A stretch of 64,000 nucleotides of DNA, taken from the NCBI GenBank assembly GCA_945860095.1, contig CAMAPP010000001.1, positions 3,741 to 67,740 of the forward strand, given 5' to 3'. Source of the stretch: Rhizobium sp. Q54. GTDB taxonomy: Bacteria; Pseudomonadota; Alphaproteobacteria; CADEGL01. This document shows, piece by piece, positions 35,645 to 45,555 of the stretch; the first letter of the stretch is position 1, and each line of letters starts with the position of its first letter. The notes under the pieces were generated by a model. That model saw nothing but the letters and a program-made list of their open reading frames with translations. It was not told the DNA's origin and ran no database searches. Both the position numbers and the translations under genes were made by a program.

Positions 35645-37080
35645 CGCGCGCCATTCGGTTATTGGGCGATTTGCCGCCGCGTGCGGTTCTGGCCGTATTT
35701 CTTGGCGCCCTGGTGGTGCGCCTCGCCAATGCCTACGGCCTTGCCGGCAATGCGGCGAATTTCTTTCGCGAGGACGCCGTGCTGTATTGGTCGGCGGCGC
35801 AATTCGTGCTCGACCACGGCGGCTTCGATCCGCCGCCCGAGGGGGCCGGTGCATCCGGGCGCGAACGCGTGCCGCTGTACATCCTGTTCGTCGCGGGAAT
35901 GCGCGCGCTATTTGGCGATTCCCCTATCGCGGTCGTTCTCGCCCAATGCGCGATCGATGCCGGGAGCTGCGTCCTGATCATGCGTCTGGGCGCCTTTCTC
36001 GGCCCGCGTATCGGCGTTCTCTCGGGCGCGCTGGCCGCGATTTGGTCCAATCTCGTCGTCCATTCGGCGGCCTTGTTGTCGGATACATTGTTCGTGTTCG
36101 TCTTTTGCCTCGCCCTTCTCGGCGGCGCGCGCTATCTCGAAGACGCGCGGCCCGCGCGCGCCCTCGTGGCCGGACTGTTGTGCGGCGCGGCGATCATGGT
36201 GCGCACGGTCGCACAATTCCTGCCGCTCGCCATGGCCGCCGCCGCGCCTGTCGTGGCTCTCGTCGCACGGCGCGGGCTGCGAAGCGGCTTGGCCGCCTCC
36301 GTCCTCGCCCTCGTCGGCGCGGCGCTGACGATTTCACCCTGGGTATATGCGAATTTGCGCGATCACGGTGTCGTGGCCTTGACCACCCAAGAGGGCGTGC
36401 ACCTTGCGGCCTGGATTTTACCGCTGGTGCGCCAATCGGTGGATGGCACGCCCCACGCAGAGGGCGCCAAGCTCTACCGCGACCGCTATGTCGAGGAATT
36501 GCGCGCCGAGGGGCTTGATCCCGAGCGCATGGCGCCGTTCGAGCTTTCGCGCCGTTTAAGCGGCAAGGCCATGGCCGATTTGACCGCCATGCCCACCTCG
36601 GCCGTGGCTTTGGCCTGGGCAAAAGGCGCCGCGATCAATCTCGCGGCGCCCGGCATTGCACTCGATCCGCGCATCCGGCGCGCACGCGAAGGCAGTCTTT
36701 ACAACGACACGAAAGCCAGCCTGTTCGGCCGCCTCGGCGGCTATTTCGCCAGCACCTCGCCCGCATTGCGCCCCCTGATCGTTCTCGGCGCGGTCTTAAG
36801 CGCGCTGACCCTTGTGCTGCAAGTCGTGGGTTTCGCGCGCTTGGTTCGCCACCGGCCTTGGGCGGGCGCCGCGGTCTTCGGACTTATTCTCTATGTACTG
36901 CTCGTGACGGGACCCATCTATTCGCCCAAATATCGCCTGCCGCTGGAGCCCATCCTGATCGTCTTGACGGCCCTCGGCGCGAGCGGACTGCGCCGCCGCC
37001 CGCATGAGCTTGCCCTGCCCCCTCCAAGCACCTATGTAGGTCGCGCCGCAGCGCGACCGGAACAAGCCCCCCGCACATGA
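35641..37080 (+). CDS. Polytopic membrane glycosyltransferase, ArnT/PMT-like (GT39/GT83-type)
   Basis: At least ten predicted TM segments; the N-terminal region resembles undecaprenyl-phosphate-sugar-dependent transferases. Confidence 0.55.
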   Translation: MTRAIRLLGDLPPRAVLAVFLGALVVRLANAYGLAGNAANFFREDAVLYWSAAQFVLDHGGFDPPPEGAGASGRERVPLYILFVAGMRALFGDSPIAVVLAQCAIDAGSCVLIMRLGAFLGPRIGVLSGALAAIWSNLVVHSAALLSDTLFVFVFCLALLGGARYLEDARPARALVAGLLCGAAIMVRTVAQFLPLAMAAAAPVVALVARRGLRSGLAASVLALVGAALTISPWVYANLRDHGVVALTTQEGVHLAAWILPLVRQSVDGTPHAEGAKLYRDRYVEELRAEGLDPERMAPFELSRRLSGKAMADLTAMPTSAVALAWAKGAAINLAAPGIALDPRIRRAREGSLYNDTKASLFGRLGGYFASTSPALRPLIVLGAVLSALTLVLQVVGFARLVRHRPWAGAAVFGLILYVLLVTGPIYSPKYRLPLEPILIVLTALGASGLRRRPHELALPPPSTYVGRAAARPEQAPRT

Positions 37081-38033
37081 TCGGAATCGCAGAAATCGCC
37101 AGCTATATCCCGGCGGACCGGGAGTCGAATCTCGACAAGCTGGATAAATTCGGCATCAATCTCGCGTTCATCGACGACAAAATCGGCGTTCACGAAGTGT
37201 CGCGCCGCGCGCCGGGCGAGGGCACGACCGAGTTGTGCCTGGCGGCCTATGCCAAGTTGCGCGCCAAGCACGACTTCGATCCGGTGAGCGTGGATTGCAT
37301 CGCGGTGTGCACACAGAACCCGGATGGACACGGCCTGCCGCACGTCTCGGCGGTGCTGCACGGCAGGCTTGGTCTTGGGCGGCGTTGCGCCAGCTTCGAT
37401 ATCGGCCTCGGCTGTTCGGGCTTCGTTTACAGCCTATCGATCGTCAAGTCCTTCATGGAGGCGCACGGCTTTCGTCGCGGCCTGTTGTTCACGGCCGATC
37501 CTTATTCCAAGATCGTCGATCCCGACGACAAGAACACGGCGCTGCTGTTCGGCGACGGCGCGACGGCCAGCCTTCTAGAACACGCCGATGCCGCGCACCC
37601 CATCCTTGTGCCCGTGCGCTTCGAGGTCGACACCAATGGCGCGTTGTCGAACGCCTTGTGCATCGTCGACGGCAAGCTGCGAATGAACGGCCGCCGAGTG
37701 TTCGAGTATTCGGCGACGGCCGTGCCGGAATCGGTGCGGAGCTTGATGGCCGCGGCAAATCTGTCGGTCGGAGATATCGACGCCTTTCTGTTTCACCAGG
37801 GCAGCAAATACATCGTCGACGCGCTGATCAAGCGCCTGGATTTGCCGCCCGAGAAGGTGCCGAACAATTTGCGCGACCAGGGCAATACCGTGTCGTCGAC
37901 CATTCCGCTTCTGCTCGAGCCGATGGTGCACGATCCGCGCGTTCGGCGCGTCCTGGCCTGCGGCTTCGGCGTCGGCCTTTCGACCGCCACCTGTGTGCTC
38001 GAGCGCCTGCCCGCTTCGGGTCCTAGAACCTAG
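37077..38033 (+). CDS. 3-oxoacyl-ACP synthase III (FabH/KAS III)-like protein
   Basis: The Cys-containing block FDIGLGCSGFVYSL is present, and the length matches KAS III. Confidence 0.8.
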   Translation: MIGIAEIASYIPADRESNLDKLDKFGINLAFIDDKIGVHEVSRRAPGEGTTELCLAAYAKLRAKHDFDPVSVDCIAVCTQNPDGHGLPHVSAVLHGRLGLGRRCASFDIGLGCSGFVYSLSIVKSFMEAHGFRRGLLFTADPYSKIVDPDDKNTALLFGDGATASLLEHADAAHPILVPVRFEVDTNGALSNALCIVDGKLRMNGRRVFEYSATAVPESVRSLMAAANLSVGDIDAFLFHQGSKYIVDALIKRLDLPPEKVPNNLRDQGNTVSSTIPLLLEPMVHDPRVRRVLACGFGVGLSTATCVLERLPASGPRT

Positions 38034-38063
38034 CGGGCCGGTGCCGCGCGCCGCCACATCATC

Positions 38064-39140
38064 GTGCATCGCATCGTTTTCGTATTGCCGTCTTTCGCCG
38101 GCGGCGGCGCCGAACGGGTCATGCTGACCCTCGCGGGCGCCCTCGATGCCGCGCGTTTTGCGCCGTGCCTGATCGTTCTCGACGGGCGGGGACCGCTCGC
38201 CGCCCTCGTGCCGCGTGGCATGGCAGTGCGCGATCTCGGGCGCGCGCGCCTGCGGTCGGCGGTGGGGCCGCTTCTTGGCGCCGTGCGCGCGGAGAAACCC
38301 GATATCGTCGTCGCCACGCTCGGCTATCTCAATCTCGCGATCCTTGCCTTGCGTCCGGCCTTCCCAGGGCGGCCGCGAATATTCGTCCGCGAAGCCAATA
38401 TGCCGGAGCGGAGCGTGGCGGCGTTCGCCCTGCCGGCGCTGGGGCGCCTTGCCTACCGGATGCTCTATCCGCGCGCGGACGGCGTGCTGTGCAATGCGCG
38501 CGCGGTGGCCGATGCCTTGGAGCGCGGCTTCTTCGTGCCGCGCCGGCTCATCCACCTTCTCGACAATCCGATCGACGAGGATGGGCTGCGCGGCCACGCC
38601 GCGCCGGCCGTGCGCGTTCCCGGCCCCGGCGCGCGCTTCGTCGCCGCCGGAAGGCTGACGCATCAAAAGGGTTTCGACCGTCTGATCGATGTCATGGCCA
38701 CGATGCCCGAGGAATGCCATTTGACCATCTTGGGCGATGGTCCCGAACGCGGCGCGCTCGAAGCGCAAATCGCGCGCCTGAATCTGGCGTCGCGCGTGCG
38801 CCTCGCCGGGTTCGTATCGGAGCCTTGGGCGCATTTTGCGGGGGCCGACGCTTTTCTCTTGCCGTCGCGCTGGGAAGGGATGGCAAATGCGGCGCTGGAA
38901 GCCTTGGCCTGCGGCACGCGGGTGATCGCGGCTCCGGAGGCGGGCGGCATCGCGGAAATCTTCGTCGCCGATGGCATCGCATCGTCGGCCACGATCGTCG
39001 TGCCATGGGGCGCGGAGTTCGCGGCCGCCATGCGCGCGGTCGCGCCGGAGCCGTGCACGACGCCGCGCGCGAGTCTCTTGCCGGCGAGGTTTTCTCTCGG
39101 CCAGGTCGTTCGCCGATTCGAGTCCGTGTTGGATGGCTGA
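38064..39140 (+). CDS. Glycosyltransferase family 4
   Basis: GT-B architecture with an N-terminus FVLPSFAGGGAERV. Confidence 0.75.
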   Translation: MHRIVFVLPSFAGGGAERVMLTLAGALDAARFAPCLIVLDGRGPLAALVPRGMAVRDLGRARLRSAVGPLLGAVRAEKPDIVVATLGYLNLAILALRPAFPGRPRIFVREANMPERSVAAFALPALGRLAYRMLYPRADGVLCNARAVADALERGFFVPRRLIHLLDNPIDEDGLRGHAAPAVRVPGPGARFVAAGRLTHQKGFDRLIDVMATMPEECHLTILGDGPERGALEAQIARLNLASRVRLAGFVSEPWAHFAGADAFLLPSRWEGMANAALEALACGTRVIAAPEAGGIAEIFVADGIASSATIVVPWGAEFAAAMRAVAPEPCTTPRASLLPARFSLGQVVRRFESVLDG

Positions 39141-40233
39141 CGCGCTTCGCGTTCTGCATGTCATCACGGGGCTCGGCTCCGGCGGCGCCGAGGGGCAACT
39201 GAGCGCGCTTTTGATCCAGGCGCCAAGGGCGGACATGGCGGTGCGCGTGATCGGCCTGTTGGCGGGCGGCGAACACGCGGCACGGCTGGCGGCGGCGGGC
39301 ATCGCCGTCGGCGATCTCGGCATGAAGCGCGGCATGCCCGATCCCTTCGCGGTGCCGCGTCTTGCGCGCGCGATCCGCGACTACCGGCCGGATGTCGTGC
39401 AAAGCTGGATGTACCACGCCGATCTCCTGTCCCTGGCGGCGCTAGCGCTGATCGCACGCCGCGACCGGCCGCGTCTGGTTTGGGGCGTGCGCTGCTCGGA
39501 CATGGACGTCTCGCGTTACGGCCGCACGTTGCGCTGGACCATCGCCCTATGCGCGCGTCTTGCCGCGCGGCCGGACGCGGTCGTGGTGAATTCCCGTGCC
39601 GGACAAAAAGTGCATGAGGCTCTCGGCTACCGGCCGCGTCGCTTCGCGTTCATTCCAAACGGCATCGACACGGTGCGGTTCCAGCCCAATGAGCGCGCGC
39701 GGCTGGAGATACGGCGCATGCTCGGCTTCGGCGAGAACGATATCCTGGTCATGCACGTGGCGCGCCGCGATCCGATGAAGGATCACGAGAGCTTTCTCGC
39801 AAGCCTTGACGCCGTGCCGGGCGTCACCGGAATCGCGATCGGCCTTGGCACCGAATCCCTGCCGGACAAGCCCAATCTGCGTCGGCTTGGCGCCAGAGAC
39901 GATGTCGCGCGTTTGCTGGCGGCGGGCGATCTGTTCGTTTCGAGTTCCGCCTTCGGCGAAGGATTTTCCAACGCGGTCGCCGAGGCGATGGCGACGGGCC
40001 TTCCCGCCATCGCGACCGATGTGGGCGATGCGCGCGCGATACTCGGCGATACGGGCATCGTCGTGCCCGCGCGCGACCGCGAGGCGCTTACCCAGGCCAT
40101 CGGCCGCTTCGCCGCCTTGCCGCACGCCGAGCGCCGAGCGCTTGGCCTGGCGGCGCGCCGGCGCATCGCGGACGAATTCCCGCTTGCCCGCGCCGCCGAG
40201 CGCTTCGCCGCGCTTTACCGGGAGATCGTCTAG
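39133..40233 (+). CDS. Glycosyltransferase family 4
   Basis: N-terminus VLHVITGLGSGGAEGQL with a GT4 C-terminal domain. The start overlaps the upstream stop. Confidence 0.75.
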   Translation: MADALRVLHVITGLGSGGAEGQLSALLIQAPRADMAVRVIGLLAGGEHAARLAAAGIAVGDLGMKRGMPDPFAVPRLARAIRDYRPDVVQSWMYHADLLSLAALALIARRDRPRLVWGVRCSDMDVSRYGRTLRWTIALCARLAARPDAVVVNSRAGQKVHEALGYRPRRFAFIPNGIDTVRFQPNERARLEIRRMLGFGENDILVMHVARRDPMKDHESFLASLDAVPGVTGIAIGLGTESLPDKPNLRRLGARDDVARLLAAGDLFVSSSAFGEGFSNAVAEAMATGLPAIATDVGDARAILGDTGIVVPARDREALTQAIGRFAALPHAERRALGLAARRRIADEFPLARAAERFAALYREIV

Positions 40234-40235
40234 CG

Positions 40236-42131
40236 ATGTGCGGGATCGCGGGAATCGTCAATCTCGACGGGCTGGGCCCCGAGATCACGGCCGCGCGCAT
40301 GGACCGCGCACTCGACTGGATGCGTCTGCGCGGCCCCGATGGCCGCGCGCGCTGGTCGGACGCGCGTTGCGCGCTCGGCCATACGCGCCTCGCGGTCATC
40401 GACCTGTCCGCCGCCGCCGCCCAACCCATGGTCCGCGACGGCCTGGTCGCGACCTTCAACGGCGAGATCTACAATTTTCGCGAGGTACGGGCGGACTTGG
40501 AACGCCTTGGCCATCGCTTTACCACCCAATCGGACACCGAAGTCCTTTTGGTCGGATGGCGCGCTTGGGGCGTCGCGCTATTGCCCAGGCTGGTCGGCAT
40601 GTTCGCGCTCGCGCTATGGGACGCGCGCGAAGGTGCGCTGTTTCTTGCGCGCGACCGCTTCGGCAAGAAACCTTTGCTCTATGCTCAGGATGGCCGGAGC
40701 CTGACCTTCGGTTCGGATTTGCGCGCGTTGGAAGCGCTCGAGGGCACGCAGCGCGAGGTCGATCCGGGTGCGCTACGCCTGCTGTTCGCGCTCCGCTACA
40801 TTCCCGATCCATTCTCTATCGCGCACGGCGTGCACCGCTTGCCCGCCGGACACTGGGCGCGGTTCGACGCCCGAGGATTGTCGATCGCCCGCTGGTATGA
40901 CCCCATGGCCGCTCGCCCGCCGCGCTACGCCGACGAGGACGAGGCCGCGCGGGATCTGGCCCTACGCTTCGATGAGGCCATCGCCGCGCGCACGGTCGCG
41001 GACGTGCCGATCGGCGCCTTCCTTTCCGGCGGCATCGATTCGGCGATCGTCACCGCATCCTTGGCGCGCCAAACCGCCCGCGTGCGCACTTTTACCGTCG
41101 GCTTTCCCGGCGCCTCGGCATATTACGAGGAACGCCCGGCCGCACGCGCCGTGGCCCGGCACCTGGGCACCGATCACACCGAAATCGAGATCACCGCGCG
41201 CGAGGCGCAGGACGCGCTCGAAGGCGTATTCGACGGCCTCGACGAGCCGTTCGCCGACAGCTCGGCCTTACCGACCTATCTTTTGAGCCGCGCCACGCGC
41301 CGCCACGTGACCGTCGCATTGTCGGGCGACGGCGCGGACGAGGTCTTCGGCGGCTACCGGAAATATCAGGGCGAATTGCTGGCCGAAACCTATCGCCGCA
41401 TCCCGTCTTGGTTGCGCACGTTCGCCCTGGAGCCGCTCCTTGGAACCTTACCCGAAGCCAAGGACAGTGCGTTGCTCGAAACTTTCCGCCGCGCGCGCCG
41501 TTTCGCCGCCCACGCCGGCAAGGTGCCCGCGGACCGGCAGGCGGGCTGGTCGCGCCTTCTTGCCGAGGACGAACTCGACGCCGTGTTGGTCGAACGCGGC
41601 ACCGCGCCGACGATCGAGGCCCTGTTCTCCGGCGCGCGCGCGCACGCGCCATCGGACGACCCGATCAACACCATGCTGGCCGCCGAGATGGCGATCGGCC
41701 TTGTCGGCGACATGCTGGTCAAGGTCGACCGCATGAGCATGGCCAATAGCCTCGAGGTGCGTTGCCCCTTTCTCGACCAACGCGTGGTCGAATGCGCTTT
41801 TGCCATGCCGGGCGGATTCAAGCTGCGCCGAGGCCAGGGCAAGCGCGTGCTGCGTCGCGCCTTCGCGGACCGCTTGCCGGCCGAAGTATTCGATCTGCCG
41901 AAGAAGGGCTTCGAGATGCCCATCGCGGACTGGCTGCGCGGCGAATTGGCGCCGTTGGCGCGCGCGGCGATCGATCCCGCACATCTTAGGCGCCAAGGCT
42001 TGTTCGATCCCGACCTGCCCGCGCGCTGGTTTGCGGATCTCGCGGCCGGACGGCGCGATACGTCGTGGCAATTGTGGACCATGATCGCGTTCCAGCAATG
42101 GTACGCCCGACGCGGACAGCCGGCACCATGA
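40236..42131 (+). CDS. asnB: Asparagine synthase (glutamine-hydrolysing), WbpS-like amidotransferase
   Basis: N-terminal MCGIAG nucleophile and the PP-loop FLSGGIDSA are present; about 630 aa. Confidence 0.85.
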   Translation: MCGIAGIVNLDGLGPEITAARMDRALDWMRLRGPDGRARWSDARCALGHTRLAVIDLSAAAAQPMVRDGLVATFNGEIYNFREVRADLERLGHRFTTQSDTEVLLVGWRAWGVALLPRLVGMFALALWDAREGALFLARDRFGKKPLLYAQDGRSLTFGSDLRALEALEGTQREVDPGALRLLFALRYIPDPFSIAHGVHRLPAGHWARFDARGLSIARWYDPMAARPPRYADEDEAARDLALRFDEAIAARTVADVPIGAFLSGGIDSAIVTASLARQTARVRTFTVGFPGASAYYEERPAARAVARHLGTDHTEIEITAREAQDALEGVFDGLDEPFADSSALPTYLLSRATRRHVTVALSGDGADEVFGGYRKYQGELLAETYRRIPSWLRTFALEPLLGTLPEAKDSALLETFRRARRFAAHAGKVPADRQAGWSRLLAEDELDAVLVERGTAPTIEALFSGARAHAPSDDPINTMLAAEMAIGLVGDMLVKVDRMSMANSLEVRCPFLDQRVVECAFAMPGGFKLRRGQGKRVLRRAFADRLPAEVFDLPKKGFEMPIADWLRGELAPLARAAIDPAHLRRQGLFDPDLPARWFADLAAGRRDTSWQLWTMIAFQQWYARRGQPAP

Positions 42132-43258
42132 AGATCTGCCAGCTTTGCGCCGTCGATTTCACGCTCCATCATTTTCTGTTGCCGTTGATGGCCGGAATGA
42201 AGGCGGCGGGCCACGAAGTGATCGGGGTGTGTTCCGACGGCGCGCTTGTTCCCGCGGCGCGCGCGGCGGGCTTTCGCATCGAATGCGTACCCATTGCGCG
42301 CAGCCACGATGTGCGCCGCCACTTCGGAACCTATCGCCGACTGGTCGAATTGTTTCGCCGCGAGCGCTTCGACATCGTCCACGTTCACACGCCCGTCGCC
42401 GCGCTGATCGGGCGCCTGGCCGCCTGGCGCGCCCGCGTGCCGGTCGTGGTTTACACCGCGCACGGATTCTATTTTCACGAACGCATGCCGCCGCCGCGAC
42501 GCGCGATGCACATCGCGCTCGAATGGCTGGGCGGCCGGCTGACCGATGTCCTTTTCACCCAGGCCGAGGAGGACGCCGCCGCCGCGCGCCGGCTTGGCCT
42601 CTGCCGCTCGGGGCGCATCCAGGCCATCGGCAACGGGGTCGATCCGGCCCGCTTCATGCCGCGCGACGGCGCGTACCGCGCGCGGGTGCGCGCGGCCCTG
42701 GACACGCGCGAGGGCGATGCCGTCATCCTGATGGTCGGTCGTCTGGTCGCGGAAAAGGGTTATGTCGAATTGCTGCGCGCCATGCGCGGTGTCCCGGCGA
42801 TTCTTTGGGTCGTGGGGGAGCGCCTTGGAAGCGATCACGCGACGAGCATCGACGGCGCGCTGGCTGAACTCGAACGCACACCTGATCTTAAATCGCGTAT
42901 CCGGCTTCTCGGTTACCGCGCGGATGTCGCCGACCTGATGGCCGCGGCCGATATTTTCACCCTGCCGTCTCACCGCGAGGGCATGCCGCGTTCAATCATC
43001 GAAGCCATGATGTGCGGGCTGCCCGTCGTGGCCACCGATATTCGCGGCTCGCGCGAGGAGGTCGTGGAAGGCGAAACCGGTTTGATGGTGCCGGTCGGCG
43101 ATGAATCGGCCTTGACGCACGCCTTGGCGCGTCTTGTGCGCGAGCCGGATTTGCGCGCGCGCTTGGGGGCAAAGGGCCGCGCGCGAGCGCTCGGCCTCTA
43201 CGACGAAGCCAAGATCGTCGCCCGGCAAATCGACGCCCTTGGCCTCGCGCGGCGATGA
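42128..43258 (+). CDS. Glycosyltransferase family 4
   Basis: GT-B fold with a C-terminal EGMPRSIIEAMMCGLPVVATD block. Confidence 0.75.
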   Translation: MKICQLCAVDFTLHHFLLPLMAGMKAAGHEVIGVCSDGALVPAARAAGFRIECVPIARSHDVRRHFGTYRRLVELFRRERFDIVHVHTPVAALIGRLAAWRARVPVVVYTAHGFYFHERMPPPRRAMHIALEWLGGRLTDVLFTQAEEDAAAARRLGLCRSGRIQAIGNGVDPARFMPRDGAYRARVRAALDTREGDAVILMVGRLVAEKGYVELLRAMRGVPAILWVVGERLGSDHATSIDGALAELERTPDLKSRIRLLGYRADVADLMAAADIFTLPSHREGMPRSIIEAMMCGLPVVATDIRGSREEVVEGETGLMVPVGDESALTHALARLVREPDLRARLGAKGRARALGLYDEAKIVARQIDALGLARR

Positions 43259-43268
43259 TGATCGCCCC

Positions 43269-44144
43269 ATGAAGATTGCCGTCGCCGGCGCCACGGGCAA
43301 AACCGGGCGGCATCTGGTGGCGCGATTGTGCTCGGACGGCCATAGGGTCGTCGCCCTTGGCCGCGATCCCGCCCGTTTCGCCGCCGTGGATTCGCGCGCG
43401 GACCGGCGGCTGGCGGATTTCACCGACGCGCGCGCCCACGCGGCCGCGCTGGAGGGCGCCGAGGCCGTCGTCAATTGCGCGGAAGCCCGCTTCACCGAAG
43501 CCGTGCTGGCGGCCTTGCCGCCCGACTGCCGACGCCTCGTGCTCACGGGCACCATGCGGCGTTTCCTCGCCGAGCCCGACGAGCCCGGCCGCCATGCCGC
43601 CCACGCCGAGACGGCGCTCGACCGGCATCTTCGCGCGCACCCCGGGCGCACGGGAATCATCGTCCATTTCGGCATGATCTACGGCCCGCCGGACGACGCA
43701 AATGTCGAACGGCTTTTGGCGGTCGTTCGGCGCTGGCCTTCCTGGCTGCCGCTGATAGCGCCCCTGCCCGGCGGCGGCCGGGCCACCGTGCAGCCCATAT
43801 ACATGGACGACGCGGTGGAGACCTTGCAGCGCGCACTCGACCGGGACGATTCGGGCCCGCCGATTACCGCCGCCGGACCGCCCATCACCTATGCCGAGAT
43901 GGTCAGGCATTGCGCGCGCGCGCTCGGCCGGTGCTCGGTCGTCCTGGCGATGCCCGCCGCGCTGCCGGCGCTGGCGATCAGTCTGGGCATGCGCCTGCCC
44001 TTCGATCCCAAGGAATGGCGGCGCACGGCCGAAAGCAAGCGCCAAAGCCTCGATCCCCTCCACGCCCGGCTGGGCATTGCGCCGCGGAGTTTTGCCGAGG
44101 GCCTCGCGGCCAAGCTCGCGCGCCTTGATCGCGCCGACATCTAA
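43269..44144 (+). CDS. NAD(P)-binding NmrA/epimerase-like protein
   Basis: N-terminal Rossmann motif IAVAGATGKTGRHLV is present. Confidence 0.6.
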   Translation: MKIAVAGATGKTGRHLVARLCSDGHRVVALGRDPARFAAVDSRADRRLADFTDARAHAAALEGAEAVVNCAEARFTEAVLAALPPDCRRLVLTGTMRRFLAEPDEPGRHAAHAETALDRHLRAHPGRTGIIVHFGMIYGPPDDANVERLLAVVRRWPSWLPLIAPLPGGGRATVQPIYMDDAVETLQRALDRDDSGPPITAAGPPITYAEMVRHCARALGRCSVVLAMPAALPALAISLGMRLPFDPKEWRRTAESKRQSLDPLHARLGIAPRSFAEGLAAKLARLDRADI

Positions 44145-44292
44145 TCCCACCCAGCGCCCGATCCCGCCCATGCCCGATCTCGGCCAGTCCCGTCCCACCC
44201 ATGTCCGATCTCGGCCACGCGCCCATCGCCGCTGGCGCACCACTCTCGGGCCGCGATTGATTCCTCGCGCGCCTTCGAGGATACAGGCGGGT

Positions 44293-45555
44293 ATGGCGCC
44301 GTCGCCCCCCCACGATTCGCCGAGCGGACTCGACCCAAGCCGGGTGCTTTCGGGCGCGGCCTTGGTCGTCTTTCCCATCGCCATCTTGGCGCCGATGCAG
44401 CTCTCGAGCCTGCTCGCGCTGACCGCGATCCTATTGTTGTGTGCGTCATGGCGCGCCAAGAACTGGCCGGTGGCGCCTTGGGCCATGCTGGCGCCAGCCA
44501 TGGCCCTTGGCGCTTGGGCCGCGCTTTCCCTGCTATGGGCGATTGACCGGCAACTCGCAGCCGAGGAAACCTCGCGCTTCGCCCTCGCGCTTGCCGGCAT
44601 CGCGGTTCTTGCGGCCACCGCGAACGGACTCGACGGCGCCGCGCGCCAACGCGTATCGCGCCACTTCGTGCGCGGCGCGCTTGCAGGCGCCATGCTTCTC
44701 ACCTTCGAAATATTGACGCGCGGCCTTGTGCTCAAGACCTTGCGCGGATTCATCCATCCCGACGCGCCGTTTCTATTCTCGACGGCCTTCAATCGCGCCA
44801 CCGCCGCGATCGCGATTCTGGTTTGGCCGTTGGCGCTCGTGCTGTTGCGCCGCCGCGCGTGGAGGCGGACGGCATTATTGCCCTTCCTGTGGGGACTTTG
44901 GGCGATCGCGGGCCTCGACAAGCATGCCTCGGCCATCGCCATGCTGACGGGCATCGCCGTGTTCGCTTTTTCGTGGTTCTCCGGCCGTGCGGCCGCGGCA
45001 ATGTTTTCCATCGCCGCTATTCTGACGATCGCCCTTGCCCCCATCGTGCCGCGTTTTGTTCTCGAGCCAAAAAGCGTGGCCAGCATCTTTCCCGATATTT
45101 CCTTCAGCGAATATCACCGGCTGATCATTTGGCGTTTCACGGCCGAGCGCATCGCCGATCGGCCGCTGCTCGGTTGGGGAATGAACAGCTCGCGCGCGAT
45201 TCCGGGCGGCAAGGATTTGGAGGAAACCGCGATTCCCGAGCGCGCGCCGCGCGGCGCCCGCGACAATCCGGGCGAGCGCCTGCCGCTCCATCCGCACAGC
45301 GCGCCCTTGCAGCTCTGGCTCGAACTTGGACTGCCGGGAGCGGCGCTGGGCGCGGCGTTTGCCGCGGGCCTGGCCTGTCGTTTGCGCCGGACCGCCATCG
45401 ACCGCGAGGGCCGCGCGGCGGCGCTCGGTGCCATGGCATCCGCCGGCGTCGTCTTCGCCATGAGTTTCAGCCTCTGGCAAAGCTGGTGGTTGGCGACCTT
45501 GGGGCTGGGTGCGGCGTTCCTGATCGCGGCCCCGCGCGGCGAGAGCGAGCGATGA
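44293..45555 (+). CDS. O-antigen ligase family (Wzy_C) membrane protein
   Basis: Multi-TM protein with a periplasmic-loop motif (HPHSAPLQLWLELGLPG). Confidence 0.65.
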   Translation: MAPSPPHDSPSGLDPSRVLSGAALVVFPIAILAPMQLSSLLALTAILLLCASWRAKNWPVAPWAMLAPAMALGAWAALSLLWAIDRQLAAEETSRFALALAGIAVLAATANGLDGAARQRVSRHFVRGALAGAMLLTFEILTRGLVLKTLRGFIHPDAPFLFSTAFNRATAAIAILVWPLALVLLRRRAWRRTALLPFLWGLWAIAGLDKHASAIAMLTGIAVFAFSWFSGRAAAAMFSIAAILTIALAPIVPRFVLEPKSVASIFPDISFSEYHRLIIWRFTAERIADRPLLGWGMNSSRAIPGGKDLEETAIPERAPRGARDNPGERLPLHPHSAPLQLWLELGLPGAALGAAFAAGLACRLRRTAIDREGRAAALGAMASAGVVFAMSFSLWQSWWLATLGLGAAFLIAAPRGESER

